From Marsupella aquatica (taxonomy: Eukaryota > Plantae > Marchantiophyta): a stretch of DNA of 64,000 nucleotides. Under the pieces are notes generated by a model, which saw only the letters and a program-made list of their open reading frames with translations, made no database searches and had not been told where the DNA came from. Shown in pieces: positions 24,301 through 37,520 of this stretch (within the stretch, counting starts at the first letter, position 1; every line of letters starts with the position of its first letter). Where the stretch lies: NCBI GenBank assembly GCA_973895155.1, contig OZ316895.1, positions 14,380,225 to 14,444,224 on the forward strand, read 5' to 3'. The translations under genes were made by a program, and so were the position numbers.

Positions 24301-27300
24301 CGTTGTATGCCATTGCGCAATTGCTCGCCCCTGTCTAAGTCAATGCTTCTCTTACAAAGCTGATGGATATGGGCCAAATGTACCTCACCATGTGTACCTC
24401 TTTCTTTTTGTGGAGCTCAGTACTGCAGTGTGGTGCCGTCACCTAAGCTAAGGTACAGAGGGACTGCCTGCTGCAATGCACCACAGTTAATGCCTTGTAT
24501 TAATGACCATGTTCAATACACCCACCGACGTCTCCCACCCAACCAGAAGTACATTATTTTTACTCCACAGCACAGGACCACAGAAGAGTACTCCCCACTG
24601 AGTAAACACTGGTGTGGCCGATTTAGCTCCAGAGTTAAGAGTGTGAGATCCACTTATTCCATCTCTCATATGGAGGCCTTGAATGTTTTCTCCCCTTTAT
24701 TGAGTCTCCTTCATTTGGTATCCCCTCTCTCCAGGTTTGGAGTCTTTTGTTGAGACTTTTACTTGATAGGACCCCAATATCTTGGGTACCTTGATTTTTG
24801 GTTTATAACGGTCTAGATCAGTCATGGAGTCCACCATGCCATGCTTTTCATCTCGGGGGTACATTAAGTAAATGTTTTGTCTTTTGTCAGTGCATTTTGT
24901 TCGTTGGCACTGTGATGTCTATGTTTTAATGAACTCTAGATCCTCTTCCATGGGGGTTTCCACCTTGGACATCTAATCTGGGCAACAAGAGGACCTCAAT
25001 TTAGGTCTTGTTCCAGTTCACCCAGCAACCGGGAATCCAACCTTATGATGAACACAAAAACAAAGAACATGAAGGTTTTCAATAATTCTAGGATAGTTTA
25101 TAGCATTGGCTGAAAATGACTCTGCTTTGTAAGAGTCCATTCTACACACAGTTGTTTAAAGGGCCTGAAGCTAAAGGCTGTTCCAAGCCTTCTAGGTAAC
25201 ATGAGCACACATTGGAGGGTATACAGGGGACATAAGGAAGGGGTCTTGGTAACTGCCCATCAAAATATGACATAATTATATGGTGTACGTCATCACATCA
25301 CTCCATATCATGATAAACCTTGTTATTTCCTTTAAATCAATGAATGCACACTTATATTACCACATTTTGATGTGTGATTATTGGTGGGGGTAATGAAGGT
25401 GGACAAGTTGGTACTGGGCCAAAGCAATTGAGACTTTTTGATCTATAATGTAGAAAGGAACATCAGAATACTAACAGGTAGAAATACCTCGAGAAATACA
25501 TCAGAATACAACGTGAGGAAAGGCAGTTGGGTATCTGTGAACTCCCTAGATGCACAGGCATGGACACTAGAAAAGAACACGATTTGTAAACGCCAAAGTG
25601 CTAATTTCATTATACTTCAGTAGGAGGCCCGAACCGAGTACATTTGTGACCAGGCCAGGGATGAGCCTCTGTCCTGCTCATTGTTGTCCCATGGCAGTCA
25701 AATAACAATGGGAGAAAACAAGAGCAACACTGACATGTCAATCAGCCAGCACCTGAAACGGGATGCAGTTTTGAACAGGCACCAAAGAAGGAGAAAACCT
25801 TCACAGCATCTCCTCTAAAATAAGGCAGTTGGGGTAATTATCAGTACCATGGAAGTCAATTTTTTCCTTGCAATACCATACTTTATTCTCATATTTTAGA
25901 AAAACCTTATCTACCACTTTGCTAGCAAATTTTATACCTTGCTGATAAAATTTAGCGCCAAATCCATTTTGTTTTGGAAAACCCTGAAGTTTGGACTCCT
26001 TTTTTGGATAGCAAACTCGCTGACCGTCTGGACTCCTACATATGATCTAGAAATCCAACATCAGAGGCTAGCGACCTCTCTGACCAACAGGCGCATGAAA
26101 GACTTGCTAGATTCGTATTGAATTTGGGGATGGCTGCCACTGGCTAGCAATCAAATTTGCCTGACTACCAATGCCCTTCCTCGCTGGCAAAAATTTCTAT
26201 TTGCTCGCATCTTACGAACCCCCAAACAGTTGTAGTAACTCATCTTCCTAGTTCCGCAAACCAGGTCACAAAATTTTGAACGTAGCTTCAGTAATCCTGT
26301 GAGCTACTCATGAAGACTATGAACCTTTGAACTTGCTGGAAAGGTTCTCTCGCAACACCGAAATAGAAAAATGTCCTGTATCAATGGTTCGAAATGAGTT
26401 TATAGCTAACGAGATCATCCAGTAAGTCTGGCTTCATTTCAAACTTTCTTCGTTCTCAATGTATAATAACACAACAGCTGCCCTGGCTGTGGGTGGGCGC
26501 TCGATAGTTGTAGTTGGTGGAATTGAAGGTAGCAGAATCGAGTACGAATGTGAACTCATACATTATATCCTATGCAATGATGCATGTACAACTCGTAATA
26601 TGTGACACAATTCCCTGAACATCATGGAGGACAGAAGTATGCTGTATTTACAGTAGTTAGAGATGCAATTCCCTTTCGAAACTTTTAGTTAGGTGTATGC
26701 ATTGATGTACACCAACTCATGGCGCTGGCAAAGTCTTTCCATTGCTGATGCGGTGGTTAATATATTAGTTTGTAGAGTGTGAATTGGGCTGGATTCTATT
26801 GGCTATCCATGCCAAAAGCTACGGTTGCTGTTGAGTTGGGCCAGGTTAAACCAAGCAATCTCACTAGGATTCAACCGTGTCGATACTGTATACCACTTTT
26901 TTGCCGAAGATACCAATACTTATAGTTTTCCTAATTACAGTCCCAACCCGTCGCTTGCTGAGCATGTTAGCGGTACAGATCGATCGAAGAACCAAAGTAC
27001 CCTACAGCTCGATGGCACACGATTTGGTGAGGGGAAGGAAACTCGTTAAACTGAAGAGAAACGCTTTACAATTCAAAAGAGACACGATCAGAGTTTTTTC
27101 CAAAAATTCATTAGCAGGCTACTTCTTGACCACAATCCTAGCTCGTCTGGACCAAGGCATGGAAATCTTCACCATCCAATTCTCAGGCTGAGATTCAATA
27201 CATTCTATCTTCCAAGTTAGTTTGCCCTAATTATCTAATGATCTGGTCATTGCTCCTTTCTAATGCAAGCCATTCCTAAAGGGGGAAGAATGAAAAACAG

Positions 27301-29228
27301 AAAGGGTAATGGATCGTCCAGTGTATACCATGCCTATTTGAAGCTAGCTTGGGCGGCAGAGCAGCAGAGCCTGGGCCACATGAGGAGATGATATTGTGAG
27401 ACAAGAATCCTCCAGGATCTTCTCCTGGCGACAAACGCTTACGTCAAGGTGCATGGCAACGTAAGCAAGGCGGTGCCAGAAGACTCTCAACACATGGCTC
27501 GTGCAATGTACCCAGTGGCTGTACAAAAAACACGTTGCACATTTTTGTTATTGTCTTGTAGCTGTCTTACCTTCTCCATGCGCCACACATGGTACTACCG
27601 TATGATTCTGTAGACAAGTCGAGTCGATGGCTCACTGGTTATTTTCCTTACTACTAGTGTAACTGCTGAGTAATGATTTCTATTTTGAGATTGTAATCAT
27701 ATCTGTTTCTGTGTGTGTTTCCCGTAATTTGGTTTTCATAAAGATCGAGAGACGGACCAATCAACTTGCACCTAAAGCATGCTGTCCACGCTCCGAAAAG
27801 CTGTGCATGGTTTGTCTATTTCTCACAGATTGCATATAATCGAAGGATGATCTTGTTTGGTACGTAACAGTGACTTCAGTCAGAGCCAGCGAATCAGGAA
27901 AGCTTGCTTGTCTACCAAGCATATTGTTTTGCATTGTGTCCCAAATTCGATTTAGCCACGGGGAGCTCTAGCTGTAGTGGTCTAAGAACATTAGAGATAA
28001 TCAGTCTTAGGTCGTTACAAACTACGAGAAGTCTCGTTGTCAAACCATGCTCAGGATCTCACAAGATTATCTGATAGCGACTTAGAAGTGAAACCACCAA
28101 GGCAGTAGATATGAGTACCGCATTCATAAAGTTTGGTAATGGTACGACTTGCAACTGCAAGCCACAATAAGACTTCATGATGAATTTGAGGGGCTTGAGT
28201 GGATGAAGGAGAATATCAAACTGATCATTCCATCACAAAAGCTATATATTCAATTCAGATTGTTGAGAGGTATATATAGTGTACATTGTGGACAGTACGT
28301 TGTTCTCTCTACCTTTGTACGAAGACATGCAGCCCAATTTTCAGCTAGTTACGAGTACCGGTACTGTGCAGCTGCAAAGAAGTCCCAAGGACTTGTCCCT
28401 TTGACAACAGTATCTACAAAGCTAGGAAACACCAATTTGGACGTTAAAATGAGCTCAGTACTAGTCTGTGTGCACACTTGTTGAGAGCATATTTGAAGTC
28501 TCTAGCTGACCCTCATGCGGTATAAAGTGCACATGGTCCCTTTCTCTCATAGATTTTTTCCTGTCACAATTCTATCTCATGCCTGCTACAATTTTCATTT
28601 GAGGATCGCCGTGCATATATAAATTTGCTAACTGTGCATTGAGTGAATCGTGACCCTAGGTGGCTCTCTAGACTTCAAATTGGAACTTTTAGCACTGACC
28701 TTAAACTGCATGACCCTACACCTAGCGTCCTTTCTATATAGCAAGCGACTTTTGATTACTTTGTGCACAAATATACAGTAAGTTGCAGCCTGTCAGCCTA
28801 GGCTCCGAGGAGCAGCTGTAAATTTAGTCGACATTAAACTATGCTAGCTCCCTTTAGTCTCTGTAGCAGCCCAAGTGGAAGGATTAGAATACCTCGATAG
28901 GCGACATTGCTACAATGCAGATTCTATGCTACTGAAAAATTTCATATCCTCTGAGAATAACTTAGCATTTACCGACACGTTCTGTGATTCTAGCCTACTA
29001 ACGAGATATATACAGAACACCTAACTATGCATCGTTGATGACAGAATTGATCCTATCTATGGTGTCCAGAATTGATCTCCAGGATGAGATTCGCAAACCT
29101 TTTTACTAGAAGCAGTCTAACTACTAAATTTTCATCGCAAGTTCTGAGAATTTACGTGGAAAATTGGGGAATGTCTGATTGACGGGCCGTGAGATCGAGC
29201 TGGCCGAAGGTGGAAAGTTGCCAGGATA

Positions 29229-32200
29229 ATGATGAGGATGTCTAATTTTTGGACTGTGAGGAACTTTCCGATGAGAATGTTCTCCGGACTTTTGATGATC
29301 TTCGCCGCTGTCTCCAGCTCAGGTTGGATAAAGGGTGCCAACTCTCAGGGTGGTCTGCAATATGATTTTTACTCACAACTCTGTCCCAACGCAGAGGCGA
29401 TCGCTTTGCAGACTCTGCAATCCAGCTTGTTTCTCGACATCACAGCTCCAGCTGCTCTTCTTCGACTCTCTTTCCATGATTGCCAAGTGCAGGTGCGTGC
29501 ACAATTACGCTCACGGTCCCTCTTTATTTCTTCTAAACTGACAGGCCTGACATTTCTATGATGTTGCGGCCTTTTCTCTCCCCCCCCCCCCCCCCTCCCG
29601 GGGTGCCCTGTACCTTCATTATTTAAGCTATATTTTTTCTAATATATATGTGGGCCACAAAAGTCGTAATGTAGACACAGTCGTGATCGCTGCCTTTGCG
29701 TTTCACCTAGGTTTGACATCGTTTTCGATCCACGGGTGTGTAGACCTAGCTTGCTGCATATGCCGATGCTCGCCAGTCAGCAGAACTTTCTCCTGCTCAT
29801 TTCTGCTATGCCTGAGCTACCACGCCATATAATTGTCCTGCGTAAAGCTTAGCAATTTATTTCATCATCGACGCACTGGTGACTTGTTATTGAATTGGCA
29901 TGAATAATGTCATACTCTGTGCTTAGCCAGAAGAAACTCTCAAAATTCGACCAGCTGTGATCTTCGTAACTCTACCTTCCAGCTGTGCTCCTTGTACACC
30001 AATTATTATACCGTTAACTGCCCTTGGCCTTTCGTTATCACGGGACATTGAATAGATTGTGTTGCAGACTTGACAATATGCCAAGCTTGAAACAATGCTA
30101 TATGTTATATTTGAGCTTCTGTAGCTCTTTCCTCCGATCCGAGGGGAATGTCGATACCATAGTTTGTCTGCGTTCATTTAGATTTCTTATTCGCGCTCAC
30201 ACAGAAAGTGCAACTCACTTACATGAGGACTACAATTGTCCAAACTTCTCAATCATCCTAATTCTACTAGGGATTTTAGTCTATATGGAGTATGGTAGAA
30301 CTCGCAGTAGAGCCAGCTTAAATAATTAAGTAGGAACCGGGTTAGGAACGTACTCCAGAGAGATTGCTCCGGGAATGTTGCAATTCCAAAAGGGCTTTTC
30401 CGATAAGAACCATTTCCATTGATCTCAAAGGGCGTTAATGCATCAGTTATGTGGGTTGTTGCTTCTCTGTTCACAATTCAACGAACCTGCATGCTGGGGC
30501 CACGCAGCTATGCAGATCTTCTATAGCCTGCTTGTCTACAAGTTTTTTATGTGGCTAGCATCTCAAGCATCGACATCTTATTAGCGTTGAGTGGTTCAGA
30601 ATGGTTCATTTTCGGCACAAGCTTGCCCCAAAGCTAGCAAATTGTCCCTGCTTCAATTAAAGCCATATGCGCCAGTACTCGATAGTGAAAAACGGTTACA
30701 GTAAATTAAGTACGGGATCGAGTAGTCGCAGTTGCCTAAATCAGCAGAACAGACCTCACAGGACGGTGTACAAATCACACAGATGTGATAATTTTATGTT
30801 GTCTGGTACTTTTGAGCCATAGAGTCATAGACTAACTGAGCCCGTTTCGTACCGCCCAAATCTGTCAATGAACTTACTGCCATTGAATACTGGTAGCCCT
30901 CTCGTATCCACACGTGTGTAAAAAGCGATGACCATCATCGTACCGGTTCTACTGTAGCTCTGCAAGAACATTAATTCAGTCAGACCTAGCTACAGATTTT
31001 TCTGCTGCAGATGCAGACAAGATTCGAATACCGAACGAGGGTTAGTATTCCATGCTCATAACTCACGTGAGTATAGCAGACATAAGATCCAATCCTTAGA
31101 AGCATCCATGTAACGAGCTCGTCACGTCGTCTCGTGCATTTCTTAATTTACTTTTGACTCCATTTGTGACCTGCGCCATTACTTTGATTGCATTGCTTGG
31201 GTCACAGTAATCTCAATATCACGATTTATGCAAACTAAAATTAACTCGAGAATTTCTGAAGTGAACAACTGAGTAGGTATTACAATCTACTGGCAATCAC
31301 GATTCCCTCATCAATAATAAGCTGAGGAAAGGAACAAAATCGGATGAAAGCTCCCGTGGAAGCGTGGAAGCTACAGTAGTCTTGTGGCAATGAACGTACT
31401 GAATTTGTTGAAAAGACAAGTGTCTTTTGAAGGCCACAGTCAAGGGTCCTGACGAAGTATTGGCGTGAATTGCCTTGATTGCAAATATAACCAGCACATG
31501 CAAAGACCACCACACATTATTTGCAGGTGCGCTTATTTTAATTAACAATGTCACGCAGGGGTGTGATGCGTCAGTCCTCTTACAGTCCACAGCAACTTTT
31601 CAGTCTGAGATGGACTCCGATAGAAGTTTTGGGGTGAGAAGGCTGGACTTCATCGACCGAATCAAGACTGCTCTCGAGACCGCGTGCCCTGCCACGGTGT
31701 CCTGCGCTGATATCGTTGCGATGGCGGGCAGAGATTCCATAGCATTGGTATTTACCAGCTCTCACTATCTTCAAGCGCATATATAATTATACGTTCAGCT
31801 ATATTTTTTGCCTCTCCTTTTGTGGCTTTTCATTTTGTGCCCCCTCGAAAAGAACATAATTCAAATATCCTTAATTATCATTTCTCTACGATCTAGGATA
31901 CATCTCAGTTTCTATACTTCTAGACTTTGGAGACTCCCACAGCATTATCTCACTAAACAAATCATCATCAAGTCAAGGTTCTTAATTCTGTGTTCATTTT
32001 GCCTGGCCTTAAAACGTCCGATTGGTACTAGTGAAGGTTCTAATCGCGGGTTCTGTATTTGATCTAGTCGGGAGGACCAAATATACCAATTAAGACTGGT
32101 CGAAGAGATGGTCTGTTCGCCAGCAATATTAGAGCAGACGAAGATCTGCCATCACCTATTCTCAACGTCGACGGACTCTTGAAAGTATTTCAACCGAAGG

Positions 32201-33008
32201 GTCTCAGCATAGAGGAATCAGTTGCTATCATTGGAGGTACTTGCAAGGCTTGTGACTTAAACTTTGGCCAGAAGCTAGTCTGTCATGATTATTATTTGTC
32301 CATTAATTTTGGCTTCATATATACAACTCAATTTTAAATCCTATTCTGTATCTAAACGTCATTAGATATCATATGTTAGCTAGCCTGTGATGTTTTTCAG
32401 AAATTTCTCCCAGCTTTTAACGGTAATTATATTAGAAAGCCGCATCTGATGGAGGCAAGCAAGAGATGGAATTCGCCCAGTACTGAAATAATGTTTAAAG
32501 TGAATAACGAGGAAGCGCTTACAGTCGACGAGGTGTACATACTACGTAAATGAATTTGATCTGGGTTACTTTATTGTTAACTCGAGGTACGTGACTTCTC
32601 ATTGCAGGTGGTCATTCATTAGGAATTGGACATTGCGTAAGCTTTATCAATAGATTGTATCCATTAGTGGATTCCACTATGAATTCCTTTGTGGGCAACA
32701 CTCTTCAGGTTCTTTGTCCGAATCCAAACATTTTCAAGATCAGCAATATCACCTTCTTCAACAACGACCTCACCAATGTGATTTTCGACAATCAATATTT
32801 TCGAGATTTGCAGGGAGGACGTGGCCTTCTGACAATAGACAGTGAGATCGCCACGGATCCTCGAACCCAAGGGATTGTGAAGTCGATGGCAGGCAACCAA
32901 AACCTCTTCTTCCAGACGTTCACATCTGCGTTCCAGAAGCTCACTTCGTGGCAGGTGTTGACTGGGACGGATGGAGAAATACGAAGAGACTGTAAATTTG
33001 TCAACTGA
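29229..33008 (+). CDS. Class III secretory peroxidase A (exons 29229-29492, 31559-31747, 32068-32236, 32608-33008; up to 340 aa; start ATG uncertain)
   Basis: Motifs [20 protein letters not shown] (distal Arg/His), VSCADIVAMAGRD, GRRDG, GGHSLGIGHC (proximal His), FDNQYF and GEIRRDC. Canonical 4-exon layout. Confidence 0.95.
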
Positions 33009-33529
33009 TTGAACTCTAGAGAGTTCCCCGCGTGGATTCCCAAATAGATCCGGCCAAACGGATCGAGGATATTGGCCGAGGTAAGCAGAACAAGACAATA
33101 AAAGACAGTATCCCTGCACGACATTGAAATTAACAAGATACTGCTGGAAGAAGCCAGGTGCAGTGACGAGAAACATGATACGTACAGGTCAGCTAGGGCC
33201 TACATCACCAATTCGAATTGAGGACTTCCCATGATCGATGGTAATCTGAATTGGGTGCCATAAACCTAGCAGGGATACTGTGAGCCAAGGTGTTAGACAA
33301 GTAAGTGATCAAATGAAAGCGAAATAATTGTGGTTCTTTGATATGAGAGTGCATTGTTTTTGTCGCGATCAACTATTCTTACTCTTGCTTAATCGAAATC
33401 TTGTGTTAGCTGAAGCTATTCGTATACCATCTCCACCGCCCCCGCCTTTCGTATACTTTGAAATGTCGTACCCACTGGTTCTGTGAACAATCCTCATCGT
33501 TCGTCAGAAAACGGAAGCTAGTATTCACG

Positions 33530-33728
33530 AGTCTCATTAGACTCAAATCACTTTTACGTTGGAATCGTGGATTACTGTATGTGTGGGATTATCAGCTATA
33601 TGTAGCATATGTACAGAGAGGAGTGTGACTCTCATTAGCCTCAAATCACTTTTATGTTGGAATCGTGGATTTATGTATGTGCGAGATTATCAGCCATATG
33701 TAGCAAATGTCCAGGGAGGAGTGACTGA
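33530..33728. repeat. ~100-bp imperfect tandem duplication
   Basis: CTCATTAG.CTCAAATCACTTTTA.GTTGGAATCGTGGATT...GGAGTG occurs twice. Confidence 0.85.
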
Positions 33729-35870
33729 CGATGCCAGCAACTTACTTCTTCCTCAATAATGAAGAATGTGTCCAGTTGATAATTTGAACCACAGCTAGAA
33801 TCATCGTCAGTACAACCTGTGAGTCAACGATTAAGTTCAAAGTACGCGGAGCAGGTATTGCAGCAGCAGCTTCGATCGGCATACAATCATTACTCTCTTA
33901 AAGAAAATTTCTTTCCATGCTCATCCTTGCAACAGGGTCTTCTTCCTTTCAAGTTCCATTTCCAACAGCTTTCTTATAGCAACAAGAACCAATTCTGTCT
34001 GTCAGTTTGCAGTAAACTTCGCAATGAATTAAACCGTCCAAGAATTAAACCGTCCAAGAATTAGTCCAAAATAAAAAAGTAAAAATATTCAGATTATGCA
34101 TTCAGTGGGTTAATCGCTTTTGAAGTTACAGGCTCCACACCCAACAAGAGGCAAGCCACACTCTCGCCCTCTCTTCAGAATTGCGCCCATGCGAATTCAC
34201 CGAATATTGCGTGAGGTGTTGGCTTGTCCCCCTGAATCAGCTAGCACCACCAGGTAGAACTGACAGTGTAGATACCTAGCGGGAAATGATCGAGCCCCAT
34301 CCTACGCAATTATTACAGACTTCTAACCAATCCTGTATCTTCACTTAAGGTCGAGTGTTATGTGTAGCCTCGGGGAATGACGAGTGCATAGGGGACATCT
34401 CAAGGGAAACGATCGGACTCCAGACAATCGTGCCCCCGTGGAGGCTATTATTACTGCTAATCATTCCTGTATCATCATCTCTTGGGGTAACCACAGTGAT
34501 ACTTAGTTTGTAGACACGACGAAGAGAAGTTCTGTCAAACTCATCTGGTGGGAATGTTGACAATCAGGTATGTAAGAAACGCAATTAATGACCTAGGTGA
34601 GCAACAACAATATGGCTCCGTGCGAATTCTGAAACTGACAACTCGCAGACCTGCTTGTCGCTTTGAGCTTGACTGACAGTACTCACTGTCGATCAGGCAA
34701 GTATACTGAGTGCAACCGATTTATTGCTTGATTGATTCATGACACCGTATCGTACTGAAGGATAATGAGTGGACTGTCAGGACAGTTCTAAAATGAATCT
34801 TGATATTAAAGCGGCGATTAATTTTTTCGTACAATTCGATCGTGTGTTAATTAGTTTAACATATGAGTCGAGTCACGTCATCTTCCTGTGGGGTGGTCTT
34901 ATATCGTGAAGCCAACCGAGTTTAGTCTTGAAGCAAATGCAAACATGGCATTCATACCGATCGTGTGATACCGACTCCCATAGCGCCGTAGGGCTTTGCT
35001 GAGCTGACAAACCAGCTCAACAATTTGCAATTAGTATGTACCGCTCTACGAATTTAAGGATCCAGGGTGTAATTTGCTTGTTGGCACGATACGATTGAAG
35101 TTTAGAATCTTATTCTGATTTTATGAGTTCTATCGAAACGAAAAATTCCATTTCTCTTGACACAATAGTACACTCATTCCTGCGAGTGAGTCATTGAGCG
35201 GAACTTCAAGCAGCTCTCTTCAGAAAATATTGCAAATGTGCGAAAAGAATTTCGAATGAACATCTTGACCATGGTCATGGAGGAAACAGTTTAGGTTGGA
35301 ACCTAGCCGAATGGCTCACATACAAAAGTTTCAAACAAAGCTGAATGTACATTGTCTAAACTACGGAGCTTGTCAATTAGTTTTTCTACAGGTTTTCTAT
35401 ATTAGTTCCGCAGCTAAATTAATCAACTCAAGTTGACCAATATTATTTTCCGCATCCTGGATCCCCGCATTGCTGTCTAATAACAACGTAATGCATTCTT
35501 TGACATGGGCCCCAACGTACAATGTATTGACACAGATCGACAAGTAGAGTTTGCATGTTGCGGATGATTGATAAGCACCTGAGCTATGAACATCCCGCGA
35601 CAATAGTTGTGTTCCGAAACTGACTTCCAAACAAGACCTAAATTTCTTACATTCACAAGTACAGGTATGGTTACAAATGAGTAATGACTTAAAAATTCCT
35701 AATGGCTAGGCGAGCTGCTTACTGCAAAATGAGAGTGGATCCCGCAGAAAAAAATCTTCCGAAGATGGTAAACCAGGCTGGCTAAACTCGGTTTCACTAT
35801 TAACCAACTTCATCCCAGATATAGATTGCTGGAGCTGTCGATCAGTTGCCCACACACCTAAGATGAAAAC

Positions 35871-37520
35871 TTAATTAACCATGTGGCAATTTTTCCGTAT
35901 CTCCCCATTGCTTCCCGTCAAGACATTGGCGGACAGGAGCTTCACAAACGCACTTGAGAACACGTTGAAGAAGTCGTTTTGGTCATTGGCAAAGCGATCA
36001 ACGTAAGCTAAAGTGGTCGGATTGTAGGCAAGATTAGAATCGATTTTGAACAACCCTTTCCCGGCTAGAACATCTTTGAAGTACTGGTTGTCGAAGAAGA
36101 AGTTGGAGCTGTCATTTGGCAGAATAGTGCCGTTATTCATGGATCCCGCGTCTGCAGTTGGACACATATTGGACAGCGTGGTTTGCATTGAAGATTGCAA
36201 CGCAGGATCTATGGTGGGGTAGAGTCTATTCAGCACGTTGATGCAATGCCCCACTCCTATGGTGTGCGCACCTGCTCTCGATCAGTTCAATGAAGCAATG
36301 AGAATTTCAGTTCTATACTCTTCTTAAATACCTCGCGAATTGATTACCAGAAATCTCGTTGACCACCGAAAAAACTAACAGTGACAGCATTTGAACAAAA
36401 CAGAAATTCCTTTCCCTCGCAAATGGGATAAAAAATTCTGGTCTCCTCAACCGTTGAAACTTAAACGATGATCGCAATTTCGAGCAGTACGAGGACACTG
36501 AGAACCTACGAGCAGACGATACTGAGGACAACTCGACACGACGAGGATGCAATGAAGTATGCATTACTCACCAAGGATGGCAACAGATTCTTCTTGAGTC
36601 ATGCCCATCTGAGCGAACTCGGTCATCATCTCATCAGCCGAAATGTCCGAGGGTGGAAGTCTGGCATCGGCTTGAAGGTTGCTCGCCTGCGTTCCATCTC
36701 TACGACCCAGAGGAATATTGATGTAAGGGCCTCGTGTAATGCTCACGCAGTCCCTTGCCGCCATAGCTAAGATGTCAGCACACGAAACAGTGTTCGGGCA
36801 GACCAATTCCACGGCACTTTTGATACTGTCAATGAAACGAATATCCCTAATTCCAAAGTTCCCACTTGAATCCATCTCAGACTGAATTCCTGGTTGTGTA
36901 TCCAGTAAAATCGAAGCATCACATCCCTGAAGCCACATGCACCAAGACGCATTCATTTATTCAGAGTCTAAGTGAAAACGTTAATTTAACAAGAAAAAGA
37001 GATAAAACTACTAAGAGTAAAGCAAAAGCATTGGATCATGCAACAGAAGATTCAATTGCCTACAGCTTGGGCATGCTGGCCCCATGCAATTACGTTATAG
37101 ATGTAATGTTTTGAAACATCCATAATAACTAACGCGAGACAACATACCTGTTCATGCTGTGCGTGACGAGTGACTACAAAGTTGAGAATGGACAAGACGA
37201 CGGAACAGGAATCCAGGCAAATGAAAAACCCCACAGAGAAATCATAGAGGCGCGCAGCGTGAAGAGATAAGACTTACGCCCACTTGGCAGTCGTGGAAGA
37301 TCAGTCGAACCAGCGCAGCAGGGCCCGTGGGATCGGTGAAAACATTGGCTGTAAGCCATGCGCTTACGATCATCTCCACATTGGGGCAACTGGTGACGTA
37401 GTAGTTCATGCTTAGCTGTCCTGAGACCCTAACATGAACGCCTGCCGCCATAACAGCCAGTAACAAGATCTTCATGCCTGTCCAAGGCTTTCCCCTACAA
37501 TTTTCTGGATATCTAACCAT
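35871..37520 (-). CDS. Class III secretory peroxidase B (exons 37520-37278, 36926-36572, 36271-35871; up to 332 aa; alternative start 37475)
   Basis: Motifs LVRLIFHDCQVGGCDASILL, VSCADILAMAARD, GRRDG, GAHTIGVGHC, FDNQYF and GEIRKNC. Three exons. Confidence 0.95.
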
